NCBI GenBank assembly: GCA_024680435.1
Contig: JAILCK010000001.1
Span: 1 to 62,834, forward strand
DNA length: 62,834 nt
Direction of reading: 5' to 3'
DNA from: Lachnospiraceae bacterium
Lineage (GTDB): Bacteria; Bacillota; Clostridia; Lachnospirales; Lachnospiraceae
Part shown: piece after piece, positions 9,018 through 18,207 of the stretch
Position numbering within the stretch: position 1 is the first letter of the stretch
Layout of the letters: each line of letters opens with the position of its first letter
Position numbers and translations under genes: made by a program
Notes under the pieces: generated by a model
Told to the model about the DNA's origin: nothing
The model's input: the letters and a program-made list of their open reading frames with translations, nothing else
Database searches by the model: none

Positions 9018-10799
9018 TTAATTAAAATAAGCGTCTTTGCCCTCATCATTTTTAAAAATATACAAAAGTAAAATCAGAGAACAAGCCAATGTAGGAAGTG
9101 CATATCTCATAGCAAGCGCAAGGGGCGAAGCCATGCAAACCAAGATGTTTATAAAAGCAGGAATCATCAAAATTAGCTTTGAAGCCTGTTTTCTTTTTAA
9201 AACGTACCAAGCGCAAACTATTGTTATCCAAGTGTAAAGGCCGGGCATTGTCAAAAACCTAAGGATTGGAAGTTTTTGAGAAAGGTTCCATGCCCATACA
9301 AGTGATTTATTCACCATGTTATCGGTAGGATGGAAGGCACCAAGCTCTATCTGATAATCAAAGTATTCTCTTTGAACCCATGCTCCTATATCATTTTCAA
9401 CCGGAGCGAGGTATCCGTAAGTTCCGTTAAAAAATGACTCAAAGTAAACTCCGGGATGCTTAGTAAACTGATGAAACCATACCTTTAAATATCCCTTAAA
9501 ATCGCTGTGATTGTAGTAAATCTTTACAGGGTCGTTGATTCTTGGATCATAGTTATACAAATGCTCCATTCCCTGAAAGTTTTTATCTAAAACCTCTTTT
9601 TCATAATCATCGATTTCATCGGGATACTCTACTGCATATCTTGCGGTTTGCTGAAACATTACTCCCAAAGATTCAGAAACTGATGTAGCAGAAACTCCGA
9701 TTATAGGAAACATCACCTTTACTATCAGCACAAAAGAAGCAAGGGCAGTTATTAAAGCTATAGCCACATGTTTCTTTTCTTCTTTTTTAATCCAAATTAG
9801 CAGCGCTATTAAAGAAGGTATAACGGCATATATTCCGTTGTTTCTTAAAAAGATGCAAAAAAGCGCCGATAAAATCAATCCGCAAAGGTCCTTCTTTTCG
9901 CAGGTTTTCTTTGTATAGATGCAAAGCAAAAATGTTAGGAACAAAACAACAACCTGTGTATAAAGAAAATCTTTTTCAAACCACTGGGCGTAACATCCAA
10001 AAATGGGAACAAGGCAAATGTACAAAAGCGCCAATATAAGGGTTCTCACCGACACGCCGAAATCTTTAAGCTTCTTTAACGCAAAAGCAAATATCAAAGA
10101 TCCTGTTATTGTCTGAAACAGGCAATACAAAAAGAAACCAAAATTGGCATCCTTTATTTTATTACCTACGCTAAAGCATACGCCCATTAGAATCGAAGAA
10201 AGGGGCGGGTGCCAATTGCTCCAAGGCTCTTCTCCTCTAAAGTACTTTAGCTGCAAAATGCTGTCGGGATTTATGGATCCCGGGTAATTACCGATAACCC
10301 AGATCATCCAGAACGTGAAAATCACTACTGCCGATACTATAAAAATATGCTTTTCTAAAAACGAATCCTTTTGCTTTGGTATTTCCTTTGATTCTCTTAG
10401 TAAAATCATTCTTAGTAAAGCATATATAAACAGTGAAAATCCTAAAAGCGTCACCACTGTCATGCCAACCTGGAATATGTTTCCCCACATATAATCCGAG
10501 GCATTATACTTTGAGTAAAAAGTGGCCAGGATAAAAGAAAACGATAAAGCAAACGATATTATCGCCGTTAATATATCAAAGCCTTTTTCTTTTTTAAGCC
10601 ATTTATCATAAAAGAAAAATAAGCCGATAATCGCTACAACTTCCAAAAGCGCATTTGAAGAAAAGGAATTATAAAGCTTATTAAAAATGGTTAAAAGCTT
10701 GTTTTCATCAATTCCTTGATATAATTCCAATCTTAAGCTAAAAACTGTTACAGTAAAAAATGCCGCCAATAAAGCTAATATCCGGTTTCTTTTCCCCAT
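9018..10799 (-). CDS. DUF6020-like polytopic membrane protein (probable GT-C glycosyltransferase)
   Basis: 593 aa, many TMs, YPG..NPDS..Q....G...WSNWHP, KDFLY, FLRNNG, FQQTARY, MRYALP patterns. Confidence 0.65.
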   Translation of the reverse strand: MGKRNRILALLAAFFTVTVFSLRLELYQGIDENKLLTIFNKLYNSFSSNALLEVVAIIGLFFFYDKWLKKEKGFDILTAIISFALSFSFILATFYSKYNASDYMWGNIFQVGMTVVTLLGFSLFIYALLRMILLRESKEIPKQKDSFLEKHIFIVSAVVIFTFWMIWVIGNYPGSINPDSILQLKYFRGEEPWSNWHPPLSSILMGVCFSVGNKIKDANFGFFLYCLFQTITGSLIFAFALKKLKDFGVSVRTLILALLYICLVPIFGCYAQWFEKDFLYTQVVVLFLTFLLCIYTKKTCEKKDLCGLILSALFCIFLRNNGIYAVIPSLIALLIWIKKEEKKHVAIALITALASFVLIVKVMFPIIGVSATSVSESLGVMFQQTARYAVEYPDEIDDYEKEVLDKNFQGMEHLYNYDPRINDPVKIYYNHSDFKGYLKVWFHQFTKHPGVYFESFFNGTYGYLAPVENDIGAWVQREYFDYQIELGAFHPTDNMVNKSLVWAWNLSQKLPILRFLTMPGLYTWITIVCAWYVLKRKQASKLILMIPAFINILVCMASPLALAMRYALPTLACSLILLLYIFKNDEGKDAYFN

Positions 10800-10805
10800 A
10801 TTCTC

Positions 10806-12119
10806 CTACACCAATAAAATGTCGTCTTTTAAAAATTCTTTCGGTATTTCTTTTACTATTTTATCCCTTAAATCTTCATCAGTAAACCTGGCTACTTTAA
10901 TGTACTCAGGTGTGTGGCCGATTTGGTATTCTCTTCCTGAAATCACTTTGCTTTCTTCATAGAGAACTTCGGTGGCTTTACCGATGTGTCTTTCCCTAAA
11001 TTCTTTTGAAAGCACGTCTCCAAGGGCAATCATCTTGTCGCTTCTTGCGTCTTTATCTTGGTCAAATACCTGATTAGAAAACTTTTCGGCGGGAGTACCT
11101 TTTCTTTTTGAGTATTTAAAAATGTGCATTTCATAAAAGCCCACTTTTTTTGCAAAGTCATAGGACTCTTTGAATTCTTCTTCAGTTTCTCCGGGAAAGC
11201 CCACAATAATGTCTGTTGTAATTGCAGGATCGTCAAAATACTTTCTTAAAAGCATAACGCCTTCGTAATATTCATCTTTTGTATAGTGGCGATTCATCCT
11301 TTTTAATGTAGCATCACATCCGCTTTGAAGAGACAAATGAAAGTGCGGACAAAGCTTAGAAAGAGCAGATACTCTCTTTGCAAAGTCTTCTGTAATGACT
11401 CTTGGTTCCAAAGAGCTAAGCCTTATTCTCTTTACTCCTTCTATTTCCTGGATACTTTCAAGAAGGTCTGCAAGCTTGTTTTTAGATAAATCGTTTGCGG
11501 TGGTTATTCCGTAGGAGCTTACGTGAATGCCGGTTAATACAAACTCTTTGTATCCTTTTTCGCAAAGAACCTTTATTTCTTTTAAGATATCTTCTTTTTC
11601 TCTGCTCCTTACCCTTCCTCTTGCGTAAGGAATAAGGCAATATGTACAAAACTGATTACATCCGTCCTGGATTTTTATGTAGGCACGTGTTCTTTCAGCA
11701 GTGTCGGATAACATCATACTTTCATATTCCATGTTAGGCTCGTTGATATCAAGAACAGCACTGTTTTTTGAATTGTCTTTAAGGTAGTCGTTTAAAATAT
11801 TTATTATATTTGCCTTTTGATTGTTTCCGATTGCAATATCAACAGCCTCATCGGCAATTACTCTTTTAGTGTCTGTTTGCACATAACATCCGACTGCAAT
11901 GACTATGCTGTCAGGGTTCATAGCCTTTGCTCTATGTAACATTTGCCTACTTTTCCTGTCGGCAATATTCGTAACAGTACACGTGTTTATCACATAAATG
12001 TCAGCTTTATCGGTAAATGGTACAACTTTAAAACCGTTTTCTGCGAATTTTTGTTGCATAATATCGGTCTCATAGTCATTTACCTTGCATCCTAAGTTAT
12101 GAAATGCTACGCTTTTCAT
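10806..12119 (-). CDS. mtaB: tRNA t6A37 methylthiotransferase MtaB
   Basis: NLGCKVNDYE, INTCTVT, radical SAM QDGCNQFCTYC, PHFHLSLQSG, TDIIVGFPGET; start placed at the ATG after GGAG. Confidence 0.93.
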   Translation of the reverse strand: MKSVAFHNLGCKVNDYETDIMQQKFAENGFKVVPFTDKADIYVINTCTVTNIADRKSRQMLHRAKAMNPDSIVIAVGCYVQTDTKRVIADEAVDIAIGNNQKANIINILNDYLKDNSKNSAVLDINEPNMEYESMMLSDTAERTRAYIKIQDGCNQFCTYCLIPYARGRVRSREKEDILKEIKVLCEKGYKEFVLTGIHVSSYGITTANDLSKNKLADLLESIQEIEGVKRIRLSSLEPRVITEDFAKRVSALSKLCPHFHLSLQSGCDATLKRMNRHYTKDEYYEGVMLLRKYFDDPAITTDIIVGFPGETEEEFKESYDFAKKVGFYEMHIFKYSKRKGTPAEKFSNQVFDQDKDARSDKMIALGDVLSKEFRERHIGKATEVLYEESKVISGREYQIGHTPEYIKVARFTDEDLRDKIVKEIPKEFLKDDILLV

Positions 12120-12153
12120 CATTTTCTCCAATATTTTTGTTACAGCTTAATCA

Positions 12154-12182
12154 TTGACAAAGCCGATTGTTGTCTTTAGAAT
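12154..12182 (+). promoter_or_regulatory. Sigma-A promoter for the small HPr-like gene
   Basis: TTGACA-17 bp-TAGAAT upstream of the AGGAGG RBS and ATG 12224. Confidence 0.75.
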
Positions 12183-12223
12183 TAATGTTGAAGGTTGAAG
12201 TCAACTAAGGAGGTATAGTTACC

Positions 12224-12454
12224 ATGAAAACAGTTCAGATTTCTTTAAATTCAATCGACAAGGTTAAGTCATTTGTTAATGACATTACAAAGTTCGATTA
12301 TGACTTTGATTTAGTATCAGGAAGATACGTTATCGATGCAAAGTCAATTATGGGTATTTTTAGCTTAGATCTTTCTAAGCCCATCGATTTAAATATCCAC
12401 GCTGAAGGCGGAGCTGAAGAAGTTCTTGAAACTCTTAAGCCTTACATGCTTTAA
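12224..12454 (+). CDS. Short HPr-family protein lacking the His15 motif
   Basis: 76 aa, IDAKSIMGIFSLDLS (Ser46 motif); no GLHARP. Confidence 0.85.
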   Translation: MKTVQISLNSIDKVKSFVNDITKFDYDFDLVSGRYVIDAKSIMGIFSLDLSKPIDLNIHAEGGAEEVLETLKPYML

Positions 12455-12466
12455 TATGTAACACAC

Positions 12467-12496
12467 GGGGCGTGTTCGCCACGCCCCATATTTTTT
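12467..12496 (+). terminator. Intrinsic terminator
   Basis: GGGGCGTG-TTCGC-CACGCCCC followed by ATATTTTTT. Confidence 0.7.
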
Positions 12497-12584
12497 AAAT
12501 CATTTAACTTATTAACAATTCACAAATACTTCAACCTGGGCAAGTCGTAATCCTTTCGGTAACGACTTTTTTTATTGTCTAAAA

Positions 12585-13772
12585 TTAATTGTCTCTTTTG
12601 ATTAAGAGCACTTCTCTTGTATCAAGAGCTTCTTTTACCATCTCGTCAATTTTCTCAGACAAGTTTTCTTCGTGCTTCTTTATAATGTTTAAGTTAGGCT
12701 TTGTGACAGGGTGCTTTGCCACAAAAATTGTGCAGCAATCTTCGTAAGGCTGAATGCTGGTTTCATAGGTATCAATCTTTTTGGATATTGCCACAATGTC
12801 TTCTTTATCAAATCCGATTAAAGGTCTGAATACGGGAAGCTTACATACTTCGTTTGTTACAAGCAACGAGTGTGTTGTCTGGCTTGCAACCTGTCCAATC
12901 GATTCACCTGTAATAAGTCCCTGGCATTCGCTTTCTTCTGCAATCATTTCAGCAATCTTCATCATGTATCTTCTCATGATGATTGTAAGCTCTTCATGGG
13001 GGCATTTTTCATAAATGTAGAGCTGAATGTCTGTAAAGTTAATTACATGAAGATTGATGGGACCGCTGTACTTTGATACGTATCTTGCAAGGTCCACAAC
13101 CTTTTGTTTTGCTCTCTCACTTGTGTAGGGAGGCGCATGGAAATAAACGGCATCGATTTTAACGCCGCGCTTTGAAATCATGTAACCTGCAACGGGAGAA
13201 TCGATTCCTCCTGATAATAAGAGCATTGCCTTTCCGTTTGTTCCTACAGGCATTCCTCCGGGTCCGGGAATTGTCTCTGAATAAATGTAAATCTTATCTC
13301 TTACTTCAACTACGAGTTCTATTTCAGGATTATGAACGTCAACTGTAAGTTCAGGGAATGCATCAAGAAGCTGTCCGCCGATTTCAGCATTTAATTCCAT
13401 GGAATCCATGGGATATCCCTTGTTTGCACGTCTTGCCTTAACCTTGAAGGTCTTCTTTTTATCGGGATATACCTTGTCAAAATATTCGATAACATCTTTA
13501 TAAAGTTCTTCGGGGGCCTTATTGTCCACTCTTACCATGGGGCAAATGCCGCTTATACCAAAGACATGCTTAAATCTTTCGATTACATCGTCAAAGTCAA
13601 ATTCGCCTTCAAAATCAACAAATATTCTTCCGGGAGTCTTTGACACTTTATAAGTTGTTCCACTTCCCATAAGAGAATACTTGATCTGATTAACAAGCGC
13701 ATCCTCAAACACGTATCTGTTTTTTCCTTTTACGCCGATTTCAGCGTACTTAATTATAAATGAACTAAACAT
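12585..13772 (-). CDS. thiI: tRNA 4-thiouridine synthase ThiI
   Basis: IKYAEIGVKGKNR, THUMP domain, LLSGGIDSPVA, TGESIGQVASQT, YEDCC. Confidence 0.96.
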   Translation of the reverse strand: MFSSFIIKYAEIGVKGKNRYVFEDALVNQIKYSLMGSGTTYKVSKTPGRIFVDFEGEFDFDDVIERFKHVFGISGICPMVRVDNKAPEELYKDVIEYFDKVYPDKKKTFKVKARRANKGYPMDSMELNAEIGGQLLDAFPELTVDVHNPEIELVVEVRDKIYIYSETIPGPGGMPVGTNGKAMLLLSGGIDSPVAGYMISKRGVKIDAVYFHAPPYTSERAKQKVVDLARYVSKYSGPINLHVINFTDIQLYIYEKCPHEELTIIMRRYMMKIAEMIAEESECQGLITGESIGQVASQTTHSLLVTNEVCKLPVFRPLIGFDKEDIVAISKKIDTYETSIQPYEDCCTIFVAKHPVTKPNLNIIKKHEENLSEKIDEMVKEALDTREVLLIKRDN

Positions 13773-13774
13773 CT

Positions 13775-14962
13775 CTACTTCCTTATAAATCTGCCGTACT
13801 TTTCAATTACGGCTTTAAGTTCCACGATTAATGTTTCCAATTCTTCCTTAGTGGTGAATTCCGACATGCTGATTCTTAATGCTCCGTCGGTTTCTTCAGC
13901 ACTTGCTCCCATAGCTTTAAGGGTGGAAGATTCTTTTTTACTGTGTGATGAGCAGGCACTTCCTGCCGACACATATATGCCCTTTTCTTCCAACGCATGA
14001 AGCATTACTTCGCTTCGAAGGCCTTTAACCGAAATATTTATGATGTGGGGAGCAGTTTCTTTTACCAAAAACTCTCCGCTTGCATCCTGCTTGCATCCGT
14101 TTACGCTTACTTTATCAACCTTGCTTATTTCCCGTAAAAAGAAACTCTTTAACTCATAAAGCTTTTCTCTTTTTTCTGACAAGTTTTCATTTATCATCTT
14201 TGCGGCAAGACCGATTCCCGCAATTCCGGGAACGTTTAGGGTACCGTTTCTAAGTCCCTTTTGCTGACCTCCGCCATAAGAAATAGGCTTTATTTTAACC
14301 TTCTCATTTACATACAAAACACCGATTCCCTTAGGGCCGTGAATCTTATGTCCGCTAAACGATAACATATCAATGTTTGCACTCTTAATGGGCATAACCG
14401 CCTTACCGAATCCCTGAACCGCATCTACATGAAATAGACATGAGGGATTAACGGATTTAATAAGCTTTCCCGCTTCTTCCAAAGGCATTAAAGAACCCAC
14501 TTCATTGTTTGTATGCATGATAGACACTATAATTGTGTCTTTTCTAAGCTTTTCTTTTAACTCGTCTATTGAAATTCGACCATACTTATCAACGCTTAAA
14601 TAGTCTATTTCAAAGCCTTCTTCTTTTAAGTATGCAACGGTATTTAAAATGGCGGGGTGCTCAACCTTTGTGGTGATAATATGCATTCCCGCACGTTTAT
14701 TTGCCATTGCGGCGCCGATTAAAGCAAGGTTATCTGACTCTGTTCCGCCTGATGTAAAAACGATTTCTTTTTCTTTTACCTTTAATACTTCAGCGATCTC
14801 TTTATAAGCATCAAGCACGTACTTTTCAGCCTCAACGCCTTTTGTGTGCATACTTGACGGATTGCCGTAGTCATCAAGCATTATCTTGCACATAAGGTTT
14901 GAAACTTCGGGGTACACCCTTGTAGTAGCCGAATTATCAAGATATATTTCTGCTTTTTCCAT
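13775..14962 (-). CDS. iscS: Cysteine desulfurase (IscS/NifZ-like, ThiI partner)
   Basis: IYLDNSATT, FTSGGTESDN, HVDAVQ, SGHKIHGPKG, SAGSACSS. Confidence 0.92.
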   Translation of the reverse strand: MEKAEIYLDNSATTRVYPEVSNLMCKIMLDDYGNPSSMHTKGVEAEKYVLDAYKEIAEVLKVKEKEIVFTSGGTESDNLALIGAAMANKRAGMHIITTKVEHPAILNTVAYLKEEGFEIDYLSVDKYGRISIDELKEKLRKDTIIVSIMHTNNEVGSLMPLEEAGKLIKSVNPSCLFHVDAVQGFGKAVMPIKSANIDMLSFSGHKIHGPKGIGVLYVNEKVKIKPISYGGGQQKGLRNGTLNVPGIAGIGLAAKMINENLSEKREKLYELKSFFLREISKVDKVSVNGCKQDASGEFLVKETAPHIINISVKGLRSEVMLHALEEKGIYVSAGSACSSHSKKESSTLKAMGASAEETDGALRISMSEFTTKEELETLIVELKAVIEKYGRFIRK

Positions 14963-14984
14963 TTAATCTAAATCTCCAAAAGAA

Positions 14985-16040
14985 CTATCTTTTAGCTGTT
15001 ACCGAAGCCCACTCTCCCTGAGTGTCGATACTAAGGATTGTAAGCCCTTCCTTAACCATGGCGTCTGCCACCATTTGGCTCTTTTCCTTTAAGATGCCTG
15101 ATGTAATGACAACTCCGCCTTCTTTAACTGCCTTTGCAGCTGCAGGCATTAAAGGCACCAAAACTTCCGCAAGGATATTGGCAAAGACGATATCATATCC
15201 TGTTCCGACTTTACTCTGAACGTCCTTTTCTGTAATAAGGTTACCCAAAATAAAATCAAACTTATCTAAGGATAATCCGTTCATTTCAAGGTTTTCTGCC
15301 ACAGCAGGCTCTGCGCAAGGGTCTAAGTCAGTTCCCACAACATGTCCCGCGCCATATAAAAGACCGATTATTCCAAGGATTCCGCTTCCGGTTCCCACAT
15401 CTAAAATTTTATCGCCGTCATGAATGTACTTTTTTAATGCCTTTATGCAAAGCTGTGTAGTCTCATGCATACCGGTTCCAAAAGCGGTTCCGGGATCTAT
15501 ATGGAGAACCTTTTTGTCTTTATCTTCTTCTTTTATTTCTTCCCATGAGGGTGTGATAAGAAGGTCATCTATAACAAACTGATGGAAATAATTCTTCCAG
15601 TTGTTAAGCCAGTCGATATCTTCGGTTGTATCGATTTCAACCGTTCCTTCACCTATATCCATCCACTCTTTTATTTCTGAAAGAGCATCTTTTATTGCGT
15701 CAAGGAGTTCGTTTCTATCCCAGATTATCTTTTCTGTACCATCATCTGTGTACAAGGAATAGGATAAGTCTTCTCCGACCTTTTTCTTTACTTCCTTACT
15801 CCTGTCATCAAGAAGTAACTTTCCGTCTTCGCCCTCTTCAACAAAGAAGTTTAAGTATGCGATTCCGTCATCTGCCTCGGTCTCAGGAAGGATATCAACA
15901 AACATCTGCTCCTTTTCCATGGTGGTAAGAGGAATTTTGTCTTCGATCTGAGCTCCGTCCAGTCCGATATCATAAAGACTGCTGATAACAATATCTTCAG
16001 CTTCTGTAGTTGTCTTAATTCTGTATTTAACCCACTTCAT
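14985..16040 (-). CDS. prmA: Ribosomal protein L11 methyltransferase
   Basis: DWLNNWKNYF, IDPGTAFGTGMHETT, LDVGTGSGIL, ANILAEV. Confidence 0.95.
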   Translation of the reverse strand: MKWVKYRIKTTTEAEDIVISSLYDIGLDGAQIEDKIPLTTMEKEQMFVDILPETEADDGIAYLNFFVEEGEDGKLLLDDRSKEVKKKVGEDLSYSLYTDDGTEKIIWDRNELLDAIKDALSEIKEWMDIGEGTVEIDTTEDIDWLNNWKNYFHQFVIDDLLITPSWEEIKEEDKDKKVLHIDPGTAFGTGMHETTQLCIKALKKYIHDGDKILDVGTGSGILGIIGLLYGAGHVVGTDLDPCAEPAVAENLEMNGLSLDKFDFILGNLITEKDVQSKVGTGYDIVFANILAEVLVPLMPAAAKAVKEGGVVITSGILKEKSQMVADAMVKEGLTILSIDTQGEWASVTAKR

Positions 16041-16117
16041 ATTTTTACCTATAATCTAACCAAAAAATCGCCCTGTACTTTACTATAAATCAATTCATAA
16101 ATAAATACCATAGCACA

Positions 16118-16126
16118 TTATCCACA
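16118..16126 (+). promoter_or_regulatory. Consensus DnaA box
   Basis: TTATCCACA in the prmA-rsmE divergent intergenic region; a second perfect box (TGTGGATAA) at 16291-16299. Confidence 0.45.
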
Positions 16127-16258
16127 TATTGTTAGGTTTAGTCAAGGTTTTTGCACATTCGGACTATGTTATAAACTGCTTATCAAAGGAAATATTTCTT
16201 TATTTTTAGTACCCTCTATACTATCATATTAAGTGAATAAGTTTTTAGAAGGTGACGT

Positions 16259-16999
16259 ATGTATCATTTCTTTGTTTCGCCTGAAGCTATTGTGGATAAG
16301 ACCATCACAATAACAGGCAAAGATGTAAATCATATAAAGAACGTGCTTCGCATGAAGCCCGGGGAAGAAATATCCGTAAGCACAAGCGAATCTGACAAGG
16401 AATATCGTTGCATTGTGAGAGACCTCTCTGATGATGCAATTACTTGTGAGCTTGCTTTTATTAAAGAAGGAACCGAGCTTCCCTGTAAGATATATCTCTA
16501 TCAAGGTCTTCCAAAGTCCGATAAAATGGAGCTTATTATCCAAAAGGCTGTTGAGCTTGGAGCTTTTGAAATCATTCCCGTTGAAATGAAACGCTGTGTA
16601 ATGAAGTTAGAGCCAAAGAAAACGGATTCTAAGATTCAAAGATGGCAGGCTATTTCGGAAGCTGCCGCGAAACAATCAAAGCGCACTGTAATACCTGAAG
16701 TCACAAAGCCCATGGCCTATTCTGATGCAATTGCCCGCGCAAGCGAATGCACACACAAGTGGGTGCCCTATGAAATGGCAGATGGTATGGCCCACACTCA
16801 TAAGCTTTTTGAATCAGTTGAGCCGGGAGACTCTGTTGCAATCTTTATAGGTCCCGAAGGAGGGTTTGAGCAAACCGAAATAGAAAAAGCTAAAGATTCA
16901 GGCTTTGAAATTATCACTCTCGGAAAGAGAATCCTTCGCACAGAAACTGCCGGAATGGTGGTTTTAAGTAATTTAATGATGATGCTGGATAAAGGGTAG
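16259..16999 (+). CDS. rsmE: 16S rRNA m3U1498 methyltransferase
   Basis: HIKNVLRMKPG, KMELIIQKAVELG, EAAAKQSKR, IFIGPEGGF, LGKRILRTETA. Confidence 0.96.
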   Translation: MYHFFVSPEAIVDKTITITGKDVNHIKNVLRMKPGEEISVSTSESDKEYRCIVRDLSDDAITCELAFIKEGTELPCKIYLYQGLPKSDKMELIIQKAVELGAFEIIPVEMKRCVMKLEPKKTDSKIQRWQAISEAAAKQSKRTVIPEVTKPMAYSDAIARASECTHKWVPYEMADGMAHTHKLFESVEPGDSVAIFIGPEGGFEQTEIEKAKDSGFEIITLGKRILRTETAGMVVLSNLMMMLDKG

Positions 17000-17007
17000 G
17001 TTTTAAC

Positions 17008-18207
17008 CTACCCTTTAATGTTTTCTGCGTATTTATCTTCTGACAAATATACTTTATCAAAAGTCTTTAAAATCTCTTTTTGATTAATAAACTCATCCAC
17101 TTTTAAACTTCTGTCTTTTATCAAAACGGTTTCTTTTGTTTCATTAAGATGAGTTAAAAGCAAACTAACCTTTGGCCTATAATTAAGTTCTCTTAAATCC
17201 TCTTCTACAGGCTTAACAAATTCTTTTATCGATTCATGAAAAGCATACCGGAGGCTTCCCTGCCATTCATTTGGTAAGTTTGTGTTATCTTTAGTAAGCC
17301 CTGAAATCTCTTCGCTTCTACACTCTGCGGGAAGATATCCTGCACCATGGCGAGTTACATAGGTTCTTGATACATATATCACTTCATTAAGTTTCTCATT
17401 ATTCCTTGATAAAATCTTTTCTATATTTGTAAGCCCGGTTCTTGATCCCGATACATTTGGATAAAACCTTTCACATTCGGAATCTAACAATAGTCCCTGT
17501 CCGTTTTCAAATATCACTTGGTCGTATCCATTGAAAAATGACTTCTCATTATCAACTACCTTAATAAGACTAAGGTTTTTTAAAACTTCATTTGAAAAAT
17601 TAATCAAAACATTTCTGTCATTAAGTAAATCGGCATACTCTTTTATCATTTCTATAGAGATGTTTTCTTCTTTTAATCTTTTTGGAATATAGCTTTCTTT
17701 TATTTCAAAAAGCTTATCAAAAAGGCCCTTTACTCCAAGTGAAGAAAGGTCTCCTAAAGTTATCTTTAGCCCTGCCTTCTCTCTTAACTCAGTCTCATAG
17801 ATTCCCATGGCACAGCTTCCGTGCCTGTTATCGCCTCTTGCCTTTTCAAAAGCCATGTTAAGCAATACATCAAGAATCGTTGTAATTCCGGCTTCTTTCG
17901 AGGCAAAAATTCTTGGAATAAATCCCGCAATCTTCTTAAAGTCATTTACTTCATCCGATAACTTATATAAATCGGGATGATAGGTATCTGCCCAGTAGGT
18001 ATCGGCGTTTTTAAAAGAGCCCGATGAAAGTTCATGAAAAACAAAGCGCTTAGTCTTAGTCTCCACAGTGTGACCCGACTGAGCGCCTCCATTGGCTCTC
18101 ACCACAAGATTATTATATGCTTTATCGCACAAAAAATCTGTGGCAAGACCTTTACCTTCATCTCCGAAATTTTTACCTATTACTGCCCTATATTCTGTCT
18201 TACTCAA
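17008..18207 (-). CDS. Divergent adenylosuccinate synthetase (PurA)-family protein
   Basis: IGKNFGDEGKG, VVRANGGAQSGHTV, HGSCAMGI, IFENGQGLLLD, RTYVTRHGAG match the PurA fold; lacks the TTGRxRR loop and has THLN in place of TKLD. TTG start overlaps the vWA gene TGA stop. Confidence 0.85.
   Translation of the reverse strand: MSKTEYRAVIGKNFGDEGKGLATDFLCDKAYNNLVVRANGGAQSGHTVETKTKRFVFHELSSGSFKNADTYWADTYHPDLYKLSDEVNDFKKIAGFIPRIFASKEAGITTILDVLLNMAFEKARGDNRHGSCAMGIYETELREKAGLKITLGDLSSLGVKGLFDKLFEIKESYIPKRLKEENISIEMIKEYADLLNDRNVLINFSNEVLKNLSLIKVVDNEKSFFNGYDQVIFENGQGLLLDSECERFYPNVSGSRTGLTNIEKILSRNNEKLNEVIYVSRTYVTRHGAGYLPAECRSEEISGLTKDNTNLPNEWQGSLRYAFHESIKEFVKPVEEDLRELNYRPKVSLLLTHLNETKETVLIKDRSLKVDEFINQKEILKTFDKVYLSEDKYAENIKG

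Noticed and set aside
16050-16300. Replication origin
   Set aside because: Only two perfect DnaA boxes, no dnaA/dnaN/rpmH nearby and no switch in gene-strand bias across the site.
17008-18207. PurZ (2-aminoadenine / Z-genome) enzyme
   Set aside because: PurZ has Ser in place of the PurA catalytic Asp, whereas this protein keeps GDEGKG. No DatZ, MazZ, polymerase or phage genes are nearby.
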